This document shows positions 1-13,725 of a stretch of 64,000 bases of DNA, piece by piece (the stretch's first letter is position 1; every line of letters starts with the position of its first letter). Below the pieces are notes generated by a model. That model had not been told where the DNA came from. It did not search any database and was given only the letters and a program-made list of their open reading frames with translations. The DNA comes from Rotaria socialis (Eukaryota), in NCBI GenBank assembly GCA_905331295.1, contig CAJNYD010000037.1, positions 62,001-126,000 of the forward strand, written 5' to 3'. The position numbers and the translations under genes are program-made.

Positions 1-1609
1 AATTACTTTTTATTTATATTAGTTTGTTTAAAGCTGCATATGGTTCGTTTGCTTTTGTTTTTTGTAGTTGTCCAGCATGCAGTAATATTGTAAATTAGTC
101 AATACTTTCAAACAATTGCATCGTTACATAGAGACTTCTTCATGTGACGCATCATTCTCGATGAGTCCTATAGAACCTAGTAGGAGACGAGTAAAACATT
201 TTTTTTTCTACAGGTTATGGCTGACTTCGTTGGTGTTTGGTGATTGTTGAAAAGATCCCATAGCAAATAAAGGATTTCTGATTACTTAAAGTGAAATATC
301 AAATATTGGATTCTCTCACTACGGCACAAGAATCGAATAGCTATTTTTACGTTGATTCATTTATCTAACCATGTTATTTTCAATTACAACTAAAGTTTTA
401 TTAATATAGTATTATCTTTGTAGCACTTTTCCACAAGGATCAGTTGAAATTTTTATCACTCTGATGCAACTTAATAAATTTTTGTATTATTTTATGCGAT
501 ACCTTTGTCTTTAAGTTTATGAATAGATCAAACGGTCCGGTGTTGTATCCTTATTTAAATTCTACAGTTATACGTAACTGTGATTCTTTCACCATAACTA
601 CGCGTAACTGCGATGTTTTCATCGTAGATACGCGCAGCTACGTCACAATTTTTCGCAATTACGGATCACAGTGCGATCGCAGTTACGGCGTAACTGCGCC
701 ACAGTTTCATCGTAATGAAACACTTTTTTGACGTTGTGACTAAAAACAGTCGTAAAAAATACATGTTTACAATGATTGTGCTTGTGAAACTGAAGAGAAG
801 GAGAAATAATTTTCATTCAATTTTGAGTTGATTTGGTTTTAATCTCTGATGTAGTAGCAGAGTAAAATTGTAAAGAAAGTGGCTCCATATGAAACGCTTC
901 ATATGTGGCGACCTCGCAGCGAACAACTGTAAATTGGTGACTACTGGCTATAACACGATGCTCTCTGTGCCGATATGAAGGAGAATTATTAGGAGAAAGT
1001 TTTTGTACAGACATCCAAAGTTTGGTTTACCATGGACATGCACATGTTTATGAATCTTTGAAATGCTCGAATTGCGTTGAATCATAGGTTAGTCGATTTG
1101 TAAACATAGTAAACAGAATATTTTAACGGTTACTTAATATTGATCGAAATGTAATATTATACAATTTCAATTCAGATTAGATTTATCGATAGATATTATA
1201 TTATAATTTTCGTCGCTGCAAACTTATACTATAAAATTATCAAATATTTAAAGTTCACAAAGTTTATCTTCTATGAATATGAAATTAATGGAACTGCGTA
1301 TGATTTAGTTAATCTAGAGAAGTTGGGTTGAATCAAAATAAAATAATAATAGAGAAGCAACAAACACATCGATAGTATAATTAATTATGAAAAAAAAAAC
1401 TTTTTGTTTTTCTGATCGAGTCGAGGATTACTTGGACTAAGATATTGGAGTAAACGACTGGTGTAGAATTAACAGTATATCGATTCTATTAGATAAACCA
1501 CAGCTGACAATTGTTTTTCGGATCGTTTTATTATTAGAAATATATTTTTTGAATGTCAACTTGACCTAAAGATCGTCTTCTTTTCTTTATTGATAAAACA
1601 TATAATCCT

Positions 1610-2203
1610 CCCTAGTCGAACTATTTATTCGTGCGCTTGCAAGATTTAAGCTCAAGATGTGTCCATACCGCTTGACTTTCTTACTCAAGACTAGGACTAT
1701 AACAGTTCGGAAATAGTTCAGTTCAAAAGAACTGTTCGAACAGTTCGTTTGAACTGAACTGAACTGTTCAAACAGTTCGGTTCAGTTCAGAGGAGCTGTT
1801 CAAAATTCCTCTTAACTGAACTGCACTGTTAAAAACAGTTCGTCTGAACTGAACTGAGCTGAACTGTTTGAGCAGTTCGTTTGAACTGAACTGAACTGCG
1901 AACTGTTATAGTCCTACTCAAGACAAGCGCTTCAATGTTTGCATGAGTTACAAAAGAAATGCAACTATAATTTTTTATTAAAAGTTGAGTTATTGTGAAT
2001 GTAAAATTGAAAAAAAAAGTTGAAAAAGTTCTTTAATAACAGAAACGCTTAGATAAAAATTCAAGCGCATGAACAAGAAGTTTAAAAACTTGAGCTCATC
2101 GAAAGGGTTCATGTCTTGCCTCAAGATGTGTCCATAGTTCTTGATTTTCTTGATCAAGTAAGTCAAGAATTGCATGCGCTTGCAAAAAAAGGCTCGACTA
2201 GGG
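1610..2203. mobile_element. older degenerate MITE-like element hosting the hAT MITE
   Basis: Inverted repeat CCCTAGTCGA (1610-1619) / TCGACTAGGG (2194-2203). Internal direct repeats CTCAAGATGTGTCCATA (about 1651 and 2120) and TGCGCTTGCAA near both ends. Confidence 0.55.
1692..1916. mobile_element. hAT-type MITE (225 bp) with internal GAACT repeats
   Basis: Perfect 18-bp TIRs TAGGACTATAACAGTTCG (1692-1709) / CGAACTGTTATAGTCCTA (1899-1916). Exact 8-bp TSD CTCAAGAC at 1684-1691 and 1917-1924. Interior is built of GAACT/AGTTC repeats. An 8-bp TSD with TAG termini is typical of hAT elements. Confidence 0.92.
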
Positions 2204-2682
2204 CTGTTATTTATTGTTATGAATAAAAAATATGTCATTTTGTTATTCTGTTTGGTCTCATACTGTATCCGACAGCAGATAATTCGACATGCCGATTGTG
2301 TCCTTTTTATCTATATCCAGTTATGTCAAAATATTCTGATATAGACAGTTACCCTTTACATTGATCTAATATTGATTTCGATAAATAACTTATTTTGCTG
2401 TTTTGCTTTCATCAAAATGTTTTGACTGGCCACTCAAAAATTTAGAAAATGCAAAAGGGAAGTGATATATTTGATATTATTACTCAAACGAGCATAATTT
2501 ATCCTTCCTTCTTTTTTCTCTTTTATTTTTATTATATATCAAAAATATCATTGATTGAAACTGAGAATAGGAGTTATATACTCGATATAGTTTATCGCGT
2601 GATTGATTGAAAAAATGAAAACGAGCACTATGCTTCTTTTTCTTTATAAGAACAATCATCGCTTCAGATATAAATTCTCATC

Positions 2683-3457
2683 ATGTCAGGATCTGAAAAT
2701 GAACATTTAGAAATAATACGTAAGTCTCTAAAAACTTGTCCAAATTTCCCGAAGAATGGCATCACATTCATGTATTTATTATTTTTTTTTACCTTCTATT
2801 CGGAAAGAAATGTTTTTGTTTTGAATTTCAGCGATATCTTGGGTATTTTCAGTGATCCAACAGCACATCGTGCATTGATTGATCTAATTTTAACTCGCAT
2901 TAGAAAATTTGATACAAAAATTGATGCTGTTGTTGGACTTGAAGCACGTGGATTTATATTTGGTCCTCAGATTGCTTTAGAATTACAGGTACCATTTCTT
3001 CCTGTTCGAAAACATGGTAAACTTCCTGGAAAATTAGTCAAAGTTGATTATGCTCTTGAATATGGTAATCGTAATCTTGTTCATATTTGTCAGAGATAAA
3101 ATTTGACAAATCATTTTTAAGGTACGGATACAATTGAAATGCAAGTCGATATTCTTAAATCAGGAACAAAAATTCTCTTGGTTGATGATATACTTGCTAC
3201 TGGAGGTCAGTTTTATTAATATTCTTATAGCTTCTTGTTCGAAAGAATGATTTGTATTATTTTGTTTTTCAGGAACATTATCTGCGGCACAAAAGCTATG
3301 TGCAAAACTTGGCTATGATGTAAGCGAAACTTTAGTGATTATTGAATTATTGGGCTTAGGTGGACGTGAAAAATTAGCCAATATCGATCATTTTACTACT
3401 CTATTTCAATATTCTCAAAATGATATAGAAGCTATTGCAGCTCGATACGAAAAATGA
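2683..3457 (+). CDS. APRT: adenine phosphoribosyltransferase (4 exons)
   Basis: Spliced product has PNFPKNGITFIDI, VGLEARGFIFG, VRKHGKLPG, YALEYG and the PRPP-binding motif LVDDILATGGT. Three short GT-AG introns, TGA at 3455-3457. Confidence 0.95.
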
Positions 3458-3758
3458 CAGAAAACAACGATGTGTATGTAGTAGAGAAATTGATTACCTG
3501 AAACAATCTTCCTGCTTCTTTTGTCTTTATTTGAATACATTTGTAATACCTGTGTGCGTCTCAAATCTTTTCTTTCACTCATAAGAACTCAAGAAAAAAT
3601 AAAATAAAAGGAAAATTTAGTTTAAATGAAGACAAGTTTGATAGAAATTTCTAATCATATTTAATCATTTGCTACAAACTGCTTATAATATTCATATCGA
3701 ATTAGAACGATATAGATATGTCGAACGAATACGATTAATTTTTTCTAGATACTATGTT

Positions 3759-5333
3759 ATGTTTGACTGGCGGCCATTTTTGTTTGGCGGCCTTGCTTCA
3801 AGTGTTGCCGAATTGGGTAAAACTTGATTGTTTACATAACGTTTTTCTATATTTTCGTTTAACTAAACTTACTGCAAACATTTGATTAACTTTCTTTGGT
3901 TTCAATATTTTGAGAATAATAAACAAGAAAAATAATTTTTAATTTTCTGTAAAATTTGTATAATCTAATAAAACTTTTGTCTAGCAACATTTCCAATCGA
4001 TCTGACAAAAACCCGGCTACAAATTCAAGGACAAATTTTCGATAATCAAACTCAACAATTGCAATATGCTCAAAAAAAGTATACAAATATGTTTCAGGCA
4101 ATATATCGGTAAGTGCTTCATGAAAAACATTGAACATGATCAAAACAAAAACAAAGTAATTCATTTTATTTTATTTTTTCTAGAATTGGTCATGAAGAGG
4201 GTGTGCGGACACTATATTCTGGGTATATAATTGTTACCTTTAACGGATTTTTATGATGCTACTGTTGTTCATCCGAAAGTTCCCCTATAATATCATGATC
4301 GTCATCATTTTTTATGTTTGTTTTGATTTAGAGTTTCCGCGGCATTGTTACGTCAAGCAACATATGGAACAATAAAGATCGGTATATATCAAAAAATGAA
4401 GCGCCTTTTTGCTGACGATATTCGACGTTTGTGTTTTGAAGGAAAAGTTTTTCTTTACATTATTTTACCTCTTATTTTCTAGAAGAAAAACTTTATATCA
4501 ATGTTCTCAATGGCATGTTTTCAGGTGCATTAGCTAATGCTATAGCAAATCCTACAGATCTATTGAAAGTAAGATACTAAAATATATATTCATAATTGAC
4601 TATTGAATTTAGATTCGTATGCAAGCGAATCATCCAAGTGTTCAAGGAAAAGGACTTTTTACTGCAATGGCTTCCATAGCAAAAAAAGAAGGTGTCCGAG
4701 GGCTTTGGAGTGTAAGTAGAAATAGTTTTCTACTACTTCTATATTATTATATCTTTGTTTTTCTTTGACAAAGAGTGTTCTTCCCACTGTTCAACGAGCA
4801 GCTATTGTTAGTGGTGTTGAATTGGCTGTATATGATTGTGCAAAGCAGCAATTAATATGCCAGTTAAATAGTTCAGATACAATCGGTACTCATTTTCTTG
4901 CATCATTTATTGCTGGTTTCGCTGGTGCTTTTACCAGTACACCGATTGATGTTGTACGAGTAAGTTAGGATATTTTATTATTTTTATCGATGGTTTATCG
5001 TTCTCTTTCGAAGACTCGTTTAATGAATCAAGAAAATTTAAGTTCTCGTGTTAATTCAACAGCAGCATCAATGCCTTATAAAGGTATTATGGATTGTTTT
5101 ATTAAAGTATGATTACTTTTGTTTTTCGTATAAATTTTAATCATTTCTTTGTGTCACATTCTATTTAGACCACACGAAATGAAGGATTTTCTGCGTTATA
5201 CAAAGGTTTCTTTCCTTCGTGGCTTCGATTGGGTCCTTGGAATATTGTGTTCTTCATAGTATTTGAACAATTTAAAAACTTAGACAGAACGTTGGAAAGC
5301 AGACGTGCTATACCCATTGACCAGCATTTATAA
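3759..5333 (+). CDS. SLC25A30: mitochondrial carrier of the UCP5/BMCP1/KMCP1 (SLC25A14/30) type, multi-exon
   Basis: N-terminus [36 protein letters not shown]. Three carrier signatures ([27 protein letters not shown]), [28 protein letters not shown] and [15 protein letters not shown] at 5331-5333. Confidence 0.9.
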
Positions 5334-7896
5334 TGGCGTCATCGACAACCCGCTTACTTCTATACCAGCAATTGTTGTTCCATTTTTGTTTTTATTCCGA
5401 TAATCTGATACTTCAACGTATCATCATTTGTTGTTTACTGATTCTTGTTAGCTACTAGAACAGTAGTAATCGAACAAAAGATATAAAAAAGTACACGAAT
5501 CTACGTTTTGTTTTTTTGTTGCATTTATCGCACTTTCTGGTTCAAACTTCATATTGCAATGTCAAATAAACAAGAACGATCGACCTTTTTGTATAGTCTT
5601 TTTCGGTCATTTTTACTTGACTTTTCGAATATGCAATAGAAGTTTATATGGTACAAAATAGGTGTTTGTTGACAAAGCTCATTATTTTGATCGTTGATCC
5701 TGTGAATTTGCAGCAGAAATCCACTGAATATTGGAAGGACTTTGAAAATAGTTATTAAATAGACCATCTTTGTATTATATACCCGATGTAAAATAGAATA
5801 AAAATTATGAAAATGAAACCGAAATGGGAATATTTACAGGTCATTGTTGACATAGAGCATTTCTTGTATGTTTACAAGATTTTATATCAATTTTTATACT
5901 CTTAACTGGCACAAAATAACTAAAAGATACAAACAGCAAATTATTTTTGTTCAATTTTTATTTTATCTAACTATTATTTTATAAATCATATTAGAACACT
6001 CATTGAATGATGAAAAATCTTCTTTTTGTAAATCTCTATATTAAACAAAACAATCGAAACTTCGGACAATGAACGTTTTATTTAGTAAAAACTTATTCAT
6101 CTGGTTGCTATGTTGTTTAGCCATACCCATGTTAAGTGCATATACTTGCAGCAATAGAAGTTGGATTGTAATCTTAGCTTTCAGTTTATTTCTATTTCTT
6201 CAACGAAATATTGTTTTAAGAAAATATTGAGATTATTTCGAAAAGAAAACTAATGTAAAAAAACCTTCGAATACAACGCATGTTGACAAAAATCGATCGA
6301 TACATGTGCAAGACAAATATCACAGGAAATCATCAATCGAAATAAAAATACATAACAAGAGCTACCGAAAAAATCAACTGAAAAAAAAATTATCGAACAT
6401 TTTAAGGACAGATTGATCGATTATTTTGAATAGAAAATTATTGTAAGGACTCATTCTTCACATAGATTACGACAATATTCGATTGCATACTAATTAGAGA
6501 AAATAAAAAATATTTTCATTGTCGCGCATCATAGATTGTTGAAAAATTAATTGAAAATGTCAAATCAGATACGTATTCAAGTGTTTCTGATGAAAATGAG
6601 ACTTAACTAAACGTATATTGCTGATAATTTATCGTTGAACGTCGTTTTCGTTCCGTGAAATATTCGTTCTGGTTTAAAAATAATAGAAATATAATACTAA
6701 TCGCCAAAAACATAATCATATTGACGATATTTGCAATATCTGTATCTTATCCTTGTTATTTGTTTAACCAAAAAGCAGAATATTAGTTGATTATGAGATA
6801 TTTGAGCTCCCATAAATACATTTGGCATCTAGGAAAATGAAACTACGCTTTATGAATTTTCCTTTAAAATTCAGTTGATAGGCACTGCAATATCGAGATG
6901 TATTTTCAATAACAACAAAAAAACTCCAAAAGCTGAGCCAATTCTCATCTCATTTTCATAAGACAGTTGTCTTCGATGACGTTATCCAATGAAAATCAAT
7001 TCCTATGGAATATTTTTGATTAATGAAAGACAGATCAATGATTATAACATCATTTTAAACCAGATTCACATTGAAATGTAGGTTTAAAAAAATTCATTTT
7101 CTCAGTAATATATTTATGTTTTGTTCTGAACACCTATTGAAAACAGCAGTAAACTTGACTAGTGCTTCATGGTCAATAATGGGCTTATTTGTAATATTTC
7201 GAGGATATTTGTTTTTCAACGAGACATCGTCGTTTTGATTACGACATGTCATGGTTAGCGTTTTTACGGTCATTCTCACCTATTTAGTCTTTTCTTCCAT
7301 TTTCACGGCATTACATTTTTGCATAATGTTCTTTAATTACATTTTTATTCGAAAAAACGATAATCACAACTGAAGATATGATACAAAAACGTATTACCTT
7401 TTGATTAGAAGAAAGAAAGCAAATATCAGAAAATAAAATATTAATAAACATCATTAACCATACTAGATGAATATGTTGTCATCATAAAGGCGATAGATTA
7501 ATTGCTCTTCTATCTGCGCATACATTTGATTGCTAATATGATAAAGGTTTTATCTTTAATTCATCCTACGAAGGATATATCAATCAATCAGCAAAACGAT
7601 TAATAGCACCTTTTAAAAATGTCAAATATTTAGAACAGACACAATATTTTAGAGTTGAATGTTTTGTCATGCCACTTGATATGCTTCCTTTCTGTTTGTT
7701 TACAAGGCTAACTTTTTTAATACGTCAATAGCTATACAATGTCATAATATGTCTGTACTAGTCTCGTAATTCAACTGTGTACCAAGTTGCTTATCATATA
7801 TAACGGGTTCAATGGTTTTTAAATTGCTATTTTCTTTCTTTCTACCGTCTTATAATTTATTATCAATACATACATATATAAATACATGTGGATTAT

Positions 7897-8619
7897 ATGA
7901 ATACTACCTTAAATACAAACAAATCTTCATCAAAAATATTTGATACAGGCAACAAATATTAGTTGATATTATCTTCTGTGTTTACTACCATTTGTTAATA
8001 TTAAAACTCTAGTTTATTCAACCGAAATGTTACAAGAAGATAACTCCGATAATGAACCACAACAGGTATTTAGAATAAAATATTATTTATAAATCTGATC
8101 ATAATACGACTCTTTCACATTCAGATAACAAGATCAAAATCGTGTAGTAGGCATAGAAAATCGAGTTCAAATGGAGGATCTTATATTGTTGATTATGGTC
8201 CAGTACGTGTTCGTCACAGACGAAGTTTGTCACGAACAATTGCTACAGGACGTCGATCAAAAGATGAGCCACTTTGTGGTAAAAATGCAATAAAGCGTGA
8301 AATACGACGCGCAAAAAATCGAATAGCTGCTCGCGAATTAAAAAGAGCAAGAGATCAAATTGAAGTAAATCTTCTTGAAGAGATTAAAAACCTTGAACGT
8401 GACCAATACGACTTAGAAGAACAACATAAAAAACTAGAAAATCGTAAAGCATATTTGAATAGAGCAGTATATAATGCTAAACAAGCTCCACTCATTCCAT
8501 TAATTACTGGTATAGATATTCCTATTATTTTCGAACCACAAGAACGACATGACCTTATGATTGATCTTCGACCGTTGTTGGAGATGCTCGATGAACAATG
8601 TTCTACATCTGACGATTAA
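7897..8619 (+). CDS. divergent bZIP (Fos/ATF3-like) transcription factor, 3 exons
   Basis: Basic region RRAKNRIAARELKRAR followed by heptad leucines (LLEEIKNLERDQYDLEEQHKKLENRKAYL). Upstream exons join in frame through a GC-AG intron (7949-8012) and a GT-AG intron. Start position is less certain. Confidence 0.75.
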
Positions 8620-11122
8620 TTTTGTATTTTTTGTTTATTTAATAAGACAAAGTTTTAATAAAACAGACAAAAAAGTAATCATCTTTAAAAACTTGAGAAA
8701 CAAGTCATGAAACATGCAATTAGCATATGAATATTCAGAACTAATAATCTGAAAGCGTCACTATTGAATACATTTTCTATAGAATGATAATTTCTCATAC
8801 TCTAGTGAAAACAAACATTAACAACTGGAAAATTGTAATTGCTTTGTTTTTGATAAATCATGCAAATATTTTATCAATAAAACTAGCAGATGGAAAATTA
8901 GAAACAAAAGGCAATGAACCATATGTTCATATCGTATGATTTCAAGTGGTTCATATCCTTGCAAGATCGATCTGATTGAAGAAAACCTGTCTCAATGAGT
9001 GTGACCTATTCATACGATAAGAACGAACCTATTACGGTCATAAAATACGGAGCAATTTTCATGAACATCAAAAGGTTATGGAGCAAGAGAAAAACAATAT
9101 TTAGAGTCAATCTTGTAACATTTCATCGACGATTTCAATAAATTTTAGCTAAAACTTTTTGAATTTTGAATTATTGAATCTTGACGACAGGTGAGACGAA
9201 ATTGAAAAAAGTTATAACAAGCATTGCATGAATTGTTTGTTGAAGAAAATCTGATTTCTATAATGATTGTGATTTCCTTGTAGGTTTTTGTATTGATTCA
9301 GAATATCATATCTATTGTACTTTATTATTGTGAAATGACCACAAAAACGAAACACAAAACTTATTTTTGTTAAATAACTATCCGAAAATTCATGTGGAAG
9401 ACAAGTGAGAACTTCGTTATACATCAAATATATGAAATTCAAAATGGATCTCTCTAATTCTAAATCACAGTAAGTTATAAATTGGTTTGAAGTGAGCTTG
9501 TTCATGGCAGAATATCGAGTTTCGACAAACTTTTTATAGAAAACTCATGCTAACTAGGCTGTATTATTGAGCACTACTTTGTCTGATATAACCGTACTGA
9601 CTGAGTTTTTTAACATTCCAATTCACTCAATGGAATTTGTCTTAATATTGCAGTATTTTTACTCCTCAGAAGCTCCATTTTCCATTCAAATTTACCTTAA
9701 AATCAGTAAACTGTTTGATATTATATGATATAAAAATACATCAATATGTTTAGTTCTTAATTTTATATCATGCAGTATAAGTCATGCGATACTAGAATGA
9801 TTCTTGGCAAATAAAATGAATAGAACTGTTTTTCTCGTAAGCATATGAAAATAATTAGAATAAAATCGATCGAAAGTATTTTATAAAAGCAAGAATATTA
9901 GACCCTGAATTTTCAGGTTTACCAATTTTAGAGATAGAATTGTTAGTTTCATAAATCTCACGATTCCTCTGCTTATTTGTATATCAATGAAACTGTACTT
10001 GTTTATGTTTGGCATAGAAACGGACACGAATAGACAATTTTTTCATTCGTATTCAATTGATCAAACATTACAGTACAAATCAAATAGCAATTATAACTAA
10101 ATGTTTTGATATTAATGTATCCGAGAATTTCAGAAACTAAAAGAATTACTTAATTTTGTTGATCAAAATCAGATTTTTGCGAATATTACTTAAGAATAAT
10201 TACAAAAAAAGAAGAACAACTTGTAGTTTAGTGAGATGAGAATACGTAGACTTGACTGTGGCTGCTAAATTTGTATCGATCTTTCAATAGTTGGCAAGAT
10301 CGTAAAATTAATGTAATTAGTGTTCAATCCATATGGAAATCTCGAAGCTCAAGAATTCGTCCTTTTCCCGGGTTTCTTCATTGTTTCTTACAGGAAGCAA
10401 TTTACATTCTGTCTGCTTTTATTCCATTCAACCATTACTAAATAGCTGTGCGAATAGACTAATATGAGAACTAAGTTTGTTTCTGCAAAAGTCTGAAAGA
10501 TAACAAGTAAAAATGTCATCTTATTTTGAAGAAACGAGATTGATTGTCTATATTGTTCGTACATATCTCGAACTGCTGTTCTTTTACAATTGTAATTTAC
10601 TTCTGTTTCTAGGGTGCGTTTGTAATGCAGACAAAGACAACGCGAAAAAATAAATGTCCCATTCAATTTGATTTTAGTACCTTATGAAAGCGACATAGAA
10701 AACGTAACTTCTGTACCATTTAGTTTTCATTAGTAGAATCGTATTTGATTACCTTAATATTGTTAATGAACGCCATCTGTTATTTTTTGTATGTGCCAAT
10801 GCGTGTTTATTATTCTGACTAGACATGACTACCAATCGTATTCAACTGACTATTTTTTTTTTTGTTTTCATGATGAATAAAAAATAGTTCTGGTTTTATG
10901 CTCCTATATCATTAGGATTTAAGTTAATAAAATATTCCAAATCATAGATCCTTCATTTGAATAGATAGCCACTTGAAAATTAAGATATGTTTATTTTTTA
11001 AAGACTTACCTCACAGAAAAAATTCTAAACAATTATTTATTTATCTTTGATGTGTCATGGTTGAAAAATACTCATAAAAAACAACTACATACACAATTTT
11101 AGATAAATTTAAAAAGAAAACA

Positions 11123-13352
11123 ATGGCATTATTAGATCAATTCGTTGGAAATATTCGACAATTATCGATCGAAGGTAAATATTGTGATTTAGCACAAACA
11201 TTAACAAATCCAAATTTGGATCATCTCAATAAAAATATTCAACATATTGATTCAATTATTGCAACATTTACTTTACCTGAATATTCGATGGTAAATTAAA
11301 AGTTACCGTTTACAAACCAAATAATTTAACTTTATTTATTATTTTCTGTCCTTTTTTAGTGTATGTTAGCTGCTTTACATGCCATTGTAAAAGCACCAAG
11401 CATACCCGACATCGATTTATATCTTACCCAATTTGATACATTTATTCAAACATGTTCAACTGAACAAGTTCATTATATACCTCAATATCTATGTGAAATA
11501 TGTCATGTTATTACAGAACGACTTCGAAAAGATAATCGAGCTCGAGTTGGTAAGTAATTGAAATTAATCTGATTGTAAAAATTCTTTCGAAACATGGTCA
11601 ATGGCAAATAAGAGGATTAATCGACTAGAGATAAATATGATCGGAAAATGTTGACTTACATGCTTTGTTTTATGACCTTGATATAACCCCCTAAAGTAAA
11701 ATATTGAATCATAGAAAAACAGTCTTTTTTTGTTATCGTCTATAATAAATTAAGTTAACTTTAGCAACATCAACTATCTGCCATTTATTAAGTAGTAGTC
11801 GAAAACGAAAAGAGAAAATGTAGATAGAACAGTCGCGTTATTATCGCTGTATAGTTTTGTTTTGTGGTATTACATGTCATGTACGAAAAAGTAAAACGAA
11901 CTATTTGAGCCATGTAACAGCAGTATATACACGATGACCTTCACATTGGATTTGGATGCTTTTCGCTATTGATATTTCGTAGTACTATTTTTTCATTTTT
12001 GTTGTCTGACATTTGTTTTTGTGATGTATTTTTGAACTTGAAAGATAGGGCAAGGTAATTGAATGAATATACTATGAAAAATAAAATATATTAAATAACT
12101 TGATAGACTAAACAAAAACAAGAAAAGATTGGTCTTCTTCAATATATCGTCAAGATTTCCTTTCGTCTGTAAATTAAATTTTTTTTAATCACGATCTCGA
12201 ATCATGTTTTATGATAAATTTTCATAGAATCTGTTTTTTTTCTACAATGCTAAACTAACGAATCTTACACGAGATTCAATAAGATCGATGCTCATACATT
12301 CAATGCAGTTCTCAAACGAATAATAAAGTTAGATGAAAATTCTCAAATAGATCATTTCTATTGCAAAAATAGGAGTTCCAATTCTATATCGAGCCATTGA
12401 ATTGCTTCGTCGTGAACCTGGCCAATTACTTTCCATTCATTCTGATCTTTATCAGCTTTGCCTGCTTTGCCAATGGTTTGAACCAGCATTGACATATCTA
12501 GATATCGATATAATTGATATTCATCGTGAAAATGGAAGATTTGATGTTAAATATTTGTTACTTGCTTATTATTATGGTGGCATGATTTATGCCTGTGTAA
12601 AACAATTTGATCGTGCTACTAACTTTTTTGAGAATGTTATTACAGTACCTGCTACAGCAACATCAGCTATTGTCATAGAAGCTTACAAGAAATATGTTCT
12701 TGTTAAATTGATATCTGGTTCAATAGGAAATATCCAATTACCAACATTTACGAGTCGAAATGTTCAACAGGCAATAAAAAGTTTATGTAATGCACAATAT
12801 ACAGAATTATTTAATATATTTAATAATGGTACATTAACACAATTCGATGAATTTGTTAATCATCATCGAGAACAATATGCACGTGATAGAAATTTGGGTT
12901 TAATAAAACAAACTCGTAATGCATTTATATGTAACAGTATACAACAATTAACAAAAACATTTCTTACTGTATCACTCAAAGATCTTGCAAATCGTGTACA
13001 ACTTCAATCGCACAATGAAGCCGAAAGATATTTAATTGATATGATTGAAAATGGGCAAATTTTTGCATCGATTAACAAAAAAGATGGTAAAATTAAAATT
13101 TATTTTAATGTAAAAACAAAAAAAAAGATATTTTTCTTGGAATTATTTTTAGGTATGGTTATCTTTCATGGTTCACCGGAAAAATTTGATGCTAATAATA
13201 TGTTATCGAAATTGCAAGATGAAACAGAAAAACGTATGCAAGCTGAAAAACAATTAAGAGAATTAGAAAAACAAATATCATTAAGTAAAGCGTATATTCA
13301 ACGAACACAACAATCAAGTCCCTATCATGATCGTCCGAAAATATTGAATTAA
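11123..13352 (+). CDS. COPS3: COP9 signalosome subunit 3 (PCI domain), 4 exons
   Basis: MALLDQFVGNIRQLSIEG N-terminus, GQLLSIHSDLYQLCL, YYYGGMIY, SAIVIEAYKKYVLV, IQQLTKTFLTVSLKDLANRVQL and MIENGQIFASINKKDGMVIFH. Exons about 11123-11290, 11360-11549, 12373-13086, 13153-13352. Confidence 0.93.
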
Positions 13353-13725
13353 ATCATTGACTTTTTCTCAAAATTCCTTCTCTTGTCTTTTCTTTTTTTG
13401 TCTTTTATTCATCGATTTATTATAAAACAAACAAAGTCAGCAATCGAGAAAGAAAATATAAACAGACCATTTCAGTTGTAAAAAAGGAACAATCAAGAAC
13501 CTTTGTTTTTTTTCTGTTGAATTCTCTTCTTCCTCTTTATAGATCATATGTTTCATTAGACTATTTGCTTCACAATTATGCAAAGAGATTTTTCAACAAT
13601 TCCATTATGTAATACACTTCGGGATATTAATGATGTATGCAATACTTCATTTCATATTTCGATTTATTAATATTGAGCTATTTTTTTCTTGTCTAAAGGT
13701 TACACCGCCAACGTCACAGTTTAGC

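Noticed and set aside
817..1014. 65-aa minus-strand ORF
   Set aside because: No recognisable motif, and I could not build a consistent spliced model with neighbouring sequence.
1692..1916. Repeat array superficially like a CRISPR or satellite
   Set aside because: No unique spacers, eukaryotic context, and TIR plus 8-bp TSD identify it as a MITE.
2683..3457. Possible horizontally acquired APRT
   Set aside because: The gene has ordinary introns and nothing in the sequence separates it from animal APRTs; a phylogeny would be required.
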